DNA of 64,000 nt from assembly GCA_016748015.1 (NCBI GenBank), contig JAAOMT010000175.1:575498-639497 (forward strand), in the 5' to 3' direction. Of this stretch, positions 13,634 through 25,032 are shown one piece after another. A program made the position numbers and the translations under genes. The notes under the pieces were generated by a model. That model worked only from the letters and a program-made list of their open reading frames with translations. It was not told where the DNA came from and did no database searches. How positions within the stretch are numbered: the stretch's first letter is position 1; every line of letters begins with the position of its first letter. The stretch comes from Geosiphon pyriformis uo1. Lineage: Eukaryota; Fungi; Glomeromycota.

Positions 13634-14424
13634 TTACGTCAACGAATTTTTCAAAAAAGATTGGTAAGAATCGAAATCAGATGTCAATCAAAAAGTGTAT
13701 TAAATATGTGTGTGTGTACATTTACTTGTTTATATTTTTTTTTCATTCCTTTATAATAATATGGAAATCAGAGGTCATCTAACGATCACTAGAGCTTTTT
13801 AATAATTTTTGAGATGAAATTTTTTTCAAAATATTTAGCATTTAATCCAAATGTTACTTATTTCTTCTTATTTTAGATGGGTATCAATATTGGGGGAACC
13901 CTTTTTTTTTTGTTAAATATCTTTAAAGTTTGAAACATTTTCAAAGTAGAGTAGCAGTAACATGATTTGAGAATAATTAAAAAAATTTAAATTCGTGAAT
14001 ATTAAAATTCAGTTACGATAGGAGCCGAGATAACTCGTTTTAATATTTTTTTGAAAGATTTTTCAAAAAATAAATAAATCACATGTTATATATATATAGA
14101 AAAGATCCTGCTTTAAATAGAAATTTTCAATTTGTAATTCTTTTAAATAATAGAACATAATACATTAAAATTATCACTAATCAAACTCTTTAATTTTAGA
14201 TCAGATCTCAAGATAACTAGACTTTTAAGCCTTTATTTGGGAATTAATTTCTTTTTTTCAAAGCGAAAAAATTATTGTTATTCTAAAAAGAAGAAGCTTT
14301 ATCTTTAATAATTGTTAACTTTATTCAGGATAGTCCCAATCTATTTTCTAATTATTCAACTATATATTTTTATTGGTACTCATTATTAGGAAGTTCTTTT
14401 AGTTATTATTTTACCACCATCATT

Positions 14425-14494
14425 ACCAACACCAACACCAACACCAACACCAACACCAACACCAACACCAACACCAACCACCACCACCACTACC
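14425..14494. repeat. (ACCAAC)n/(ACC)n microsatellite
   Basis: About nine ACCAAC units followed by an ACC run. Confidence 0.9.
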
Positions 14495-14981
14495 ACATTC
14501 ATCCAAATAATAAACTTGTCAATGAATTAACTTTGAAATGGCTAAGCTTTGTAACATCTTCAAATATGGATGGTTTACGAACATTTCCTTTCTCGGCTAA
14601 AGACTATTTTATCCGTAGTACTGATTGTCTCAACAAACGGAAGATGTTTGTCATATTTGAACGAATTTATTCAGGGCGAATGCTACCAGAAATTCCAAAA
14701 ACTACTCATCATACTGTTTGTAATACTGATCGAAGATTCGAAATTGAGGGGCATCAGTTTTGATAGATTAAATTGAGAATAGGCTAATAGTAACTGATAA
14801 CAATGATGAATAATGATGGCTAAAAAAAAAATAACTGCCACGCTAATTTAAAAAAAAAGTTTCAGTTGAAAAAAGTTTTTTAAAACCCAATTTTATTCTT
14901 ACATTCCCAAAGATTGAAACATCCTATTTTTTTTATATTTTTTTTTTTTTTTGATAATAAAAAAATTTAAAAGTTAACAAT

Positions 14982-16268
14982 ATGTTTTGTAAATTTTGGG
15001 TCTGCTTCGTTTTCATATGTTTACCTTGTACTATCACCTGCCTGACCATTAACGTAAAACGTGATTTAAACCCAAAAACAAAATATAATAAATTGATTGT
15101 ATTTGGAGACATTTATTCCGGTAGATTTGAAATGGAAAGAATGAAAAATCTTTTATCGTCTTATATTATTTCTCAAAAATTAATCTTTATTAGATAATGG
15201 AAATACATTTAAATTATCTGGTGGAAAATACCCGAATCCACCCTCACGTTACTATAAAGGCCGATACACTAATGGTCTTTTATGGCCAGACTACATACAG
15301 AAAATTTTGGATATTGAGTTATTAAATTTCTCATATGGTGGTGCCACGGCAGAGTATGTATCTTTTCAATATTTAAAGTTTTCAATTGGATTTTTGAATT
15401 CAGTGAAAATTAAAAAAATTTTCAAATATTTTTATTCAAAGCAATGATTATTTTCAAGGTAAATTGATTGATTGATTTTTTTTTTTAAAAAAAAAAACTT
15501 TTGGTCTTTGAAAAATTTTATTTATTGCCATTTTCTATTTTAAAAAATTTCATCTAAAGGAAAAGCAGGACATTATTTAATACCCGACTTTCCGGTTCCT
15601 GGATTCATACAACAAGTAAAAACTTTTAATGAAACTTATTCAGAAATTACTGATTTCAGCAAATCTTTAGCAGTGGTAAGTGAAAAATATTTAGTTTTCA
15701 TATCATTTGAACGAATCAAAAAATTTTTTTTGTTCAGAAATTTTTTATAATCTTTTTAAATAAATTGAAATTCCGAATATTTAACTAGACTTTTTTAACG
15801 GGAGCTGATTACGCCTACAATTTCAACAACCCTGATCCTAAATCTATCATCTCGGTCTTCCCGGAAGCTTGGAAAATTCTCTATAATAGAGGGATCACTT
15901 CTTTTCTCGTACCTTTACTACCCCGAATCTGGGAAGCACCATTCTTTGGTTCTTTAGACCCTATCGCTCGAGGAAATTTGATCGAGAAAGCTAATACACA
16001 TAACCAACTTCTTCAGGATGCTATTGAAAATTTCAAAAAGAGCAATCAAGATGTTGACATGAAGCTTTTTGATACGCCAAATTTTCTCGATAAAAATAAT
16101 TTTCCTGCAATTTTAAATTTCACCAATCCTTGTATAAATTATGAAATTGTACCACCAGTTGTATGTCAGGAGCCTACAGATTATTTCTATTATGATTTAT
16201 ACTGTTTATCTAACAAAGTTCACTCAGATTTGGGCTGGGAAATTGCAGGTAGAATTGGGGAGTTATAA
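14982..16268 (+). CDS. Secreted GDSL/SGNH homologue 2, catalytic Ser, Asn and His all substituted
   Basis: Exons 14982-15120, 15194-15353, 15442-15458, 15560-15675, 15789-16268, with the same intron positions as the 7180 gene. IVFGDIYSDNGN, GRYTNGLLW, FSYGGAT, FLTGADY, FYYDLYC. Confidence 0.85.
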
Positions 16269-16269
16269 T

Positions 16270-16277
16270 TATAGTAA

Positions 16278-16310
<33 letters not shown>

Positions 16311-16421
16311 CAGTTATAGTAGTTATATTAGTTATAGTAGTTATAGTAGTTATAGTAGTTAGAGTAGTTATAGTAGTTAGAGTAGTTGTAGTAGTAGTTA
16401 TAGTAGTAGTAGTAGTAGTAG
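16270..16421. repeat. (TAG)n and (TAGTAGTTA)n simple repeat after the GDSL2 stop
   Basis: Directly visible. Confidence 0.9.
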
Positions 16422-17170
16422 AATCTTGTAAAGAAAATCTTTTTTTAAAAAGATTTTCTTGAACTGTTTATTTTTATTTTTTTTAGATTTGATTTGTATT
16501 TTAAATTTTTGTTTTTTAGAAGCTGTTTACTTGAAAACTCTATCATTTCATGAACATCATTATTTTTTAAGAAAGAAAACAAAATAAATTATATATTAAA
16601 AACAATCCAAATATTTTGATGTAAAGCGTATTGGGATGTAGTGGTAGTTATAGTTACGAAAGCAATCAAATATTTTTTACCGATGCAACATGCTCTTCTC
16701 TCTTTTTAGTTACATTAATTATCTTTATGAAACGATTACAAAATCAAAAACAAAAATTTATAACAAACATTCCATCGAATTTTATCCTAATATATCCTAA
16801 TATATCCTAATATATCCTAATATATATATAAATTTAGTTTATTTTAGCTTTAATAGTAAATTTAAGAATGGATATTTTTGCAAAAAAATATCCATTTTTA
16901 TTATATTTCTTGAAATCGTATAAATGAGTAATAAATTTCAGTTATTCATTTATTCATTTGGTTGTTTATTTATTTATATATAATGAGTAAGTGAAAAAAA
17001 AATTTCAAAAATTTCAAACTAAATATAAATTTAAAGGTTTGACAAAAAAATCATTTTTCAAATTATTATATATATATTTTCTAAATTGAAGGAGTTTCTT
17101 TTTTTTTGAAAGTTAATTTTTTTTTTCTTGTTCGATTTTGCAAAAATTTTTTCTAGATATATATTAAAAT

Positions 17171-18821
17171 TTATTGATTCGAACTTTTTAACATAAAATT
17201 TCGATTGGGAGGATCAGAATGTTGACAAACTCCCATTTTGTATTGAAAATATGGACCATCGTGAGAAAAAATCCCGGATAAGTATCTTGTTTCATGAAAT
17301 TGAGCATTGCAATCCTATTTTGGAATTTAAGGATGTAGATTTTAAAAAGAAAATAAAAAGTATAATTTTAAACCGAAATTTTAATAATTCTTTACCGGAT
17401 GTTCATCACCAGTCTCCACATTACATTCCCATACAATTTCAGGGGGCTTACTACAATCACATGGGCTCTCTGGAATCCAGTACTCTGTTCCTGAATGGGC
17501 AAAACGTACACCTGACACCTGATTTGGATACGATGGGATAACATCATCACTATTCGTGACTCGGTTGACCGTGAATTTTTGATTAATATACCGAGCCAAT
17601 TTAATATCTCCCAATCTTGGGGAGCCAAATGTTGTTACAATGACTCGTCGTGTTGAGAATATCTTTTGAAAAGATAATGCCGCTAAAAGTGCCCAAACTG
17701 AATCAATTAGATTCAGTCAGTAAAATACGTACGGTGAGGAAAAGAGATTAGACTAAAGGTAGAAATTTTAATACTGGGTTTATTCTAAAAAAAACTTGTG
17801 GGAAATACAAGATCTTAATATCAATAAAACTCACCACCACCTTCACCATGTCCAGTAAAGTGGAAAGGATAGGCTCGATAAGTTGAATTTCTTATGAACC
17901 GGTCAAAAACTTTAATCAATTGATCCTCTGCACTTGTATACTCTTGTCCTGTTGTAATCAAATTTTTCCAAACATCAAAACCATTCGGGTCATTTTTCTC
18001 AAAATTGTTCGTTGTAAATTTGGTATAAAACCCTTTTTCGATTAATGGAGGTACATTCATTTCCGGTACTGGATATTGTTGGAATGTATTTTTCTGTTTA
18101 AGCAAATTGAGCTGGGTTAAGTCTTGACCTTTAAAAAAAAAGATAATTTTTCCTTCGATTTCCGTTGAAGGTGATTGTACGCGTGAATCAGCTAATTCAA
18201 GAATTTAGGAGCAAAAAGTTTTTCAATGCTTGAAATCTTTATTTTCTCAATATTTTTTTAAAATACAAGATGTGATTAAGTTCAAATTTTCTTACCATAA
18301 ATTCCATCTCCAATTTTTCCATTCTCATTATTTAGACAGTATGCTTCTTGTGAATAATAAGCCATTTCTAATAGTAATCTTAGTATTCTTGACGAGCTAA
18401 TAGGTTTTTTCGTCATACCAGATGTATTATCTAATTGGTTTCTTTTTACTATTCGCGTCGTCCTTTTAAAATTTAAAGAAGGATCTTTTAATTTATTTTT
18501 CCTTCGCATTTCTCGATAGAAACTATTTTTGAAATTTGATAAATGTGTTTTTGTATCATTTTTAGCGAAAGAGTAATTTTTAGGAAAATTACGTCCAATT
18601 CTAAAATTTTCATCAAGATTTGATGATGATGATGATGATGATGTTGTTGTTGTTATTGTTGTTGATTTTGATGTTGATATTGATGTAGAAAGTATCTTTG
18701 GAAATGTGTCCATTGACCATTTCTCGGCAGTGTATATAAAAATCTTGAAGAGTGTATAAAAAGATAAAACAAATATTATCCAAAAAACCTTTGAAGAGAG
18801 GAAATTTAGTTTTTGTTGCAT
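17171..18821 (-). CDS. Lipase class 3 homologue C, motif GHGEGG
   Basis: Exons 18821-18296, 18191-17835, 17697-17396, 17314-17171. TM plus Thr/Ser stalk; MAYYSQEAYC, FTGHGEGGVWA, TFGSPRLG, RVTNSDDVIP, HSGTEYW, SHDGPYF. Confidence 0.85.
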
Positions 18822-19337
18822 TGGTTCAAAAATTTATTAAAATTTATTTCATTGCTTTTAAGGAATTAAATCAAGGTTGAAAAATTTTCTAATAAAACCA
18901 CAGGCACAACCATAGAGTTAATAAAGTTTTTCGATAAGCAAATTGTTTTTATGAAGTCATTGTAACAAAAAATCAATATTAGCAATCATAAAATCAAAAC
19001 AAATTTATTTTCTTTAGAATATGGGTTTTTTTTTTACTTTTGAGGAAATGAAAATGAATCATCTAGATTGTGAAGGAAGGTTACCCGGCAATTAAGTTTT
19101 GAAAGGAATTTTAGTTGAATAGGAATAATTTTTAACATATAATTCATTTTTGAATAAAAAATAAATCCGTTTTTCCTACTCAAAAACTTTCCCAGATTGC
19201 TGATTTTCATGATAAATATTTTCAATTTGTTTCTTAAACTTTTATCATCGGGGTTTTAACCCCCGAAAATAACTAAAATAACTCCATTTTGTTGACCGAG
19301 ATCTCGCGAAATGTTATTAATTTCATTGTCATCATTG

Positions 19338-19377
<40 letters not shown>

Positions 19378-20115
19378 TTACCGATGATCAATAGTATGAT
19401 AAAATTGAAACTGTTTGTGAGGAGCCTCCTACATCTTTTGAATACGGTAATTTCTTTACTAGATTATTTTATTTTCTTCGATTTAGATATAAGGGAGCAA
19501 GGAATAGACTAATCGAGTTGAGTTCGAGTTAAAAACTTGATGATTTTTAACAAATAAAAATCAAGAATAAAGTTGACATAATAAATTTTATCATTTTTAT
19601 AAAATAAATTCAGGGTTAGAAATATTTCATACAAAAAGATAATCAATTGATTTGAAGTAGAATCAATTAAAATATAAACCTATTGTTATTCAATATTTTT
19701 AATTTAGACTATCGAATGACAAAATTTAATTGATGTAAAATTCAAAATCTTTTTTTATCATAAAGTTTATTTTCATTTATAATAGATTCAGTAAGTTTTT
19801 ACAAGTTTTATTTCGATCTCAAAATTCGAAATATTTCCTTTCAAGATTCATTTGAATAATTCATTTCTTGAATATTTGACCTGATGAGTTATTAAGTATA
19901 CATAAATCAGTTAAAACATTTTTAATCAAATAAATAAATAAGTTAACAAAGAACCTTTTTCAGGTTTTAAACATTAATGGATTTTTTTGGAATACAAAAA
20001 TTTTCAACATAATCTCTTTTCCAATGATTTTTTTTTCATTTAATTCATTGTAACAAATGAATGTTTTTGGCTTTTTCTTCTCAATAAATTTTAAAATGAA
20101 GTCCAGTTATAGTAT

Positions 20116-20326
20116 TCAATTAAGTTCAGGGGAAATAGGCCATGTTTTACTTGATGATCCTTCATAGGGACATCTGCCCATGATGTAACCAAAATAGGGA
20201 CCATAATGTGAAAACCTTCCTTGTAAGTTTCTCGTCTCATGAAACTGTGCATTGCATTCCTATTATAATTAATATTTCAAGAAAAAAATCAAAAAAATTT
20301 TTGAGCTCAATAGTTTAAACTCTTTT

Positions 20327-20367
<41 letters not shown>

Positions 20368-21721
20368 AACTAATATTATTTTCTTGTGTTCAATTCTACT
20401 CACTGGATTTTCTTGGCCAGACTCGGAATAACATTCAAATGCCACTACCCGAAATTTACATTCACACTCATCTAAGGGAATCCAATATTCTTCACGATGA
20501 TGTCGATATTTCTCTCCACGATACTCTTTCGGGAATGAAGGAATAGTATCGTCAGCATGGGTAACTCTGTATGAAATCAACCATTCATCAACAAATCGAG
20601 CAAACTGGTAATTGCCAATACGTGGCTGACCAAAAGTTATCACTTCCACATTTATATGAGGGTATTTCCTTTTGAAAGAAATAGCAGTGAGGAGGGCCCA
20701 AACTTTTTAAAATATTATAAAAGAAAATTTTGTGAGGTTTTTTAGAATCTGTTTTACATGTGAAACCTTTATGAAAAAAATTTTATACTCACTACCGCCT
20801 TCATCATGACCAGTAAAACAGTAAATCCATCCTTTATATTCCGAATTTTTTACAAACACACTCAATTTGTCTAAAAGAATTTCCTCTGGGCTCTTCAAAT
20901 TCTGTTCCACCATTTCTAGTTTAGTCGTAAATTTTTTGTACCACCAACGATCAACGAACGCCCCCTCAGCTAGTAAATAAGGAATGAGAACATCTTGACG
21001 TTTCTTCCAGCTATCAAACTGAATCTCGCGGCCTTTAAAATACGTACTAATCTGGTGAGTTTGAGATGAATCTGGGAATGTATATGCTGAAAAAAAGATT
21101 AAAAATTTGAAGTTCAGATAAAAGAATAAATGAATTGAATCGAATTTGATTGATTTAACAGAAAAGAAAGATACCATAAATTCCATCAACAATTCTGCCT
21201 AATTTATCATGTAAACAATATGCTTCTTGAGCGTATAAAGCCATATAAAATAATTTATTGAGTAAAAGTTTACGTTTTACAGGTCGTTTGTAAAATTGAT
21301 TGCGTCTTTTGAGCCGCCTCAATTTCGATGGGATAATTTGTGAATGATGATTTTGATGTTTTGCTAGTTTTCGATTTTCAGAATTGTGGCTATATAATGT
21401 GAAATTTCTTGTTTGAAAATAGGTTCGACTATCGGTCAAATTTAAATGGTATTTACAATGTGTAGGGTATATATCTTTTTCTGGTTTAAACAAATTTGTT
21501 TGATGAAAAATTGAAGGCTTCTCTACTAAATATTTTGTAGAAATAGAGTTTTCCTCTACTAATGAAACATCATCCCAATTTATGTTACCCCTCATCTTTT
21601 GTGACCCTAAAATACATAATAAACCCAGAAAACAGAATAATAGGCTCCAAAAAGTAGCTTGAAATTTAGAAAAAATATATATAATTGATATTGAGTAAGT
21701 TGAAATTTTAGCCATAAGCAT
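20116..21721 (-). CDS. Lipase class 3 homologue D, motif GHDEGG
   Basis: Exons 21721-21175, 21086-20793, 20702-20404, 20259-20116. MALYAQEAYC, FTGHDEGGIWA, TFGQPRIGN, RVTHADDTIP, HHREEYW, SHYGPYFG. Confidence 0.85.
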
Positions 21722-22187
21722 ATTTTTGTTGGTCTAAGGGTTAAAGGTGACCATGTTTGTTATTTAGAGGATAAACTTTTTATCTGAATTTTGGGCTTCA
21801 AATCTTTAATCTGAACGTGTTTGATAGCCTATTTTTATTGGTTTTGTTTGTCAATTTTAATCAGAATCGAAATTGAAGATTCGAGATTGGTAGTAGTACA
21901 TTGGGAATTCTTTGGTTTAATTTAAATTATTCGAAAAACCCATATCAAGGTTAAAAACATACTAGAATTTACTAGAATTTAGCGATAACAGTAATTTGAA
22001 TAACGAAATTACGGCAATATCCAACCAATATTTCGTTAACATTTCATCCTTTTGTTTGCTTTTAGATATATAAGACTTGATAGCTGATTGCTATATACAA
22101 AAAAAGATCATGATAACAGATAACTTAGAATAGATTAGATTTTTAGGGAAAAATTGGGAAAATTGAAATATTTTAATATTGAATGTA

Positions 22188-23252
22188 TAGTACCCCAAAA
22201 ATTAACGCCCAATTTGCATGTGTAACCACTTTTAAAAAATCAAGATATCAAGTTTTCTCACTTTTTTAACAAATAAATTTGACATTTTGTTTCCTTTAAC
22301 GACTCTTTAACATTATAATATTGTTGTGTTAAAAAATTACACCCACTCGTACACAATTAAATGAAATTAACAAAGAAAAGATTTTGGCCTACATGGAAAC
22401 CATAAATCCCGCTAAAATTATAAAAATGCTTGACAAGTACCAAAGTAAAGGAAAAAATGAAAACTTACTACGTTCTGGAAAACCATAAATTCTTAGCAAC
22501 CACGAAAAGTTTTACTAATGTGTAAAGCCAAAGAAAAACGACATATCGCAAAAACACATGCTTATACTCCCATTAGGTGGTGTGAGAAGAAAATCGCCTA
22601 CGATTGGACAAATTTATATTCTCTGATAAGACGAGTGTGGAAATCACAACAGTCAAGAGTTTAGCTGCAAATTAGAGAAAGGTTTAGTAATTCTTACTTT
22701 CAAAAGTGGGCAAAAAATCCATAATGGTTTGGATGTGTTTTGCAGTAGGATTAAAAGGACTATTAGTATTTTTTGATGAATAAAAAAAATGGCGAAAAAT
22801 AAATGCAAATATTTAACTTGAAATCTTAAAAGCCATCTCAAAACGCAATTAAGCTGTTAACTGGAACCTGCACAAGATAAAGCGCCGATCTATACTGCGA
22901 GAAGTATCAAGAAATGTTTAACAGAAAATAAAATTATGACTATCAACTGACCGGCGAATTTGCCAAACCTGAATCCCACTGAGAACATTTGGAAGCTATT
23001 GGAGGACAATATCCAAAAACATAAAGTCTTTCCGAAGAACTTAAAATTGCGCTAAAGTAGGAATTGAGAAATTTGATACCTCTGTTTTCAAAGAAGTTAT
23101 TGCTTCAATGCCATGGAAGATTAAGTATTAATTAGATGTATTTTTTTATTTAGTACATAGATTGTAAAAAATTAAGAAGTTTTGTGTTTAATTTTGAATC
23201 AGGCTTTACTTTCTGGGGGTCAAACTTCAGTGTTGAAAAGCAAAAGTGACTG
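22188..23252 (+). mobile_element. Degenerate Tc1/mariner element
   Basis: Left end TA|TAGTACCCCAAAAATTAACGCCCAATTT, right end ...GTGACTG|TA, both related to the TIR of the 26406 element. Transposase remnants QDKAPIY and PANLPNLNPTENIW with many stops and frameshifts. Confidence 0.85.
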
Positions 23253-24358
23253 TACATGTAGTAATTAGATAATATTTTTTTGACAGCAAAAACTAAGATT
23301 TTCAGCAAACCATTCAGCAAGAACCATGTAGAAAAATAAATGAGGTATGAAATATGTATAACAACTTTTATAATTTCTAAAAATTAGAAAGACCAAAGTT
23401 TAAGAAGTTCAAAAAGGATAAATGAATCTAAATACATGTATCTATATTTTTAGAAACCTCTAATTATATTTGTAAGAGTTTTTTGTATTACCAATTATGT
23501 AGACTATTTATTATAGCTCTTGAATACTTATTTATTCATTTTTGGGTGGGTGGAATATAAATTAATTTTGACAAAGGATCATACAAAATCACAATGTCAT
23601 AGAATGCTAAACTTATCCATTTATAAAAATACTTATTCAGTGCGTGGCTATCTTTTTATTGCATCACATACATTAGTGTGTGTGTTACATATGATCCATT
23701 TTACTGTGCGCTTAAATGCCTGAAATGTAGGTAATGAGATAAATGAAGTTAAATAGAGTCGGATATGGAGTAGCAATAATTGTTTACGTTACAAGCAGTT
23801 AAAAGCCGCTGGTAACGTCACATGTTCACTTCACAGTCAATAGCCTTCACACTCAAAATAGAGGAAAACTTCTTTTAAAAATAAACCTATATATGATAGG
23901 GTATACTATATTTTAAACATAAATTAAGAGCTAATTCCTTCTTCAAACTCTTTCATTTTTTTCAAGCTAAATATTAATACAAATACTTGATATCATTATT
24001 AAAGTGCCTACTGATGTCGTCGTAGATTTAATCAGAACTTGCATTCATCGATTATGTACATACCATTCATTAATCCATTATTATTAGCTACCAAATGCCA
24101 AATTTGCCTCTGGAAAAAGTTGGTTAAACCACATATTTTTTAAAGATATTAAATATAACAAATGAAAGGCTTACCATTTTGAGAAATTGTAGGGCTTAAT
24201 ATTTTTTGACTCTTATCATGGTTAGCAACTTGTATGGTTTTGTAATTAAGTCTTTTTCTACTGATAAATTCATTTAAGTTACAGTCGTCGCGAGCAGCAA
24301 TCACTCTTTTTTGAAGTTCTTCTGCACTATCACGGCAATGGGGTTTATCCTCCCAATT

Positions 24359-25032
24359 NNNNNNNNNNNNNNNNNNNNNNNNNNNNNNNNNNNNNNNNNN
24401 NNNNNNNNNNNNNNNNNNNNNNNNNNNNNNNNNNNNNNNNNNNNNNNNNNNNNNNNNNNNNNNNNNNNNNNNNNNNNNNNNNNNNNNNNNNNNNNNNNNN
24501 NNNNNNNNNNNNNNNNNNNNNNNNNNNNNNNNNNNNNNNNNNNNNNNNNNNNNNNNNNNNNNNNNNNNNNNNNNNNNNNNNNNNNNNNNNNNNNNNNNNN
24601 NNNNNNNNNNNNNNNNNNNNNNNNNNNNNNNNNNNNNNNNNNNNNNNNNNNNNNNNNNNNNNNNNNNNNNNNNNNNNNNNNNNNNNNNNNNNNNNNNNNN
24701 NNNNNNNNNNNNNNNNNNNNNNNNNNNNNNNNNNNNNNNNNNNNNNNNNNNNNNNNNNNNNNNNNNNNNNNNNNNNNNNNNNNNNNNNNNNNNNNNNNNN
24801 NNNNNNNNNNNNNNNNNNNNNNNNNNNNNNNNNNNNNNNNNNNNNNNNNNNNNNNNNNNNNNNNNNNNNNNNNNNNNNNNNNNNNNNNNNNNNNNNNNNN
24901 NNNNNNNNNNNNNNNNNNNNNNNNNNNNNNNNNNNNNNNNNNNNNNNNNNNNNNNNNNNNNNNNNNNNNNNNNNNNNNNNNNNNNNNNNNNNNNNNNNNN
25001 NNNNNNNNNNNNNNNNNNNNNNNNNNNNNNNN
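24359..25032. other. Assembly gap (674 N)
   Basis: Run of N. Confidence 1.

Noticed and set aside
19249-19266. Short GGGG/CCCC hairpin as terminator or ncRNA
   Set aside because: Very short and imperfect; intrinsic terminators do not apply to this nuclear context.
20269-20403. Poly-Met C-terminus of lipase D
   Set aside because: Intronic (CAT)n repeat after the GT donor at 20403.
9215-21721. Lipase genes as ordinary pseudogenes
   Set aside because: No stops or frameshifts after splicing, with conserved splice sites and structural motifs, unlike the true pseudogenes beyond 22 kb.
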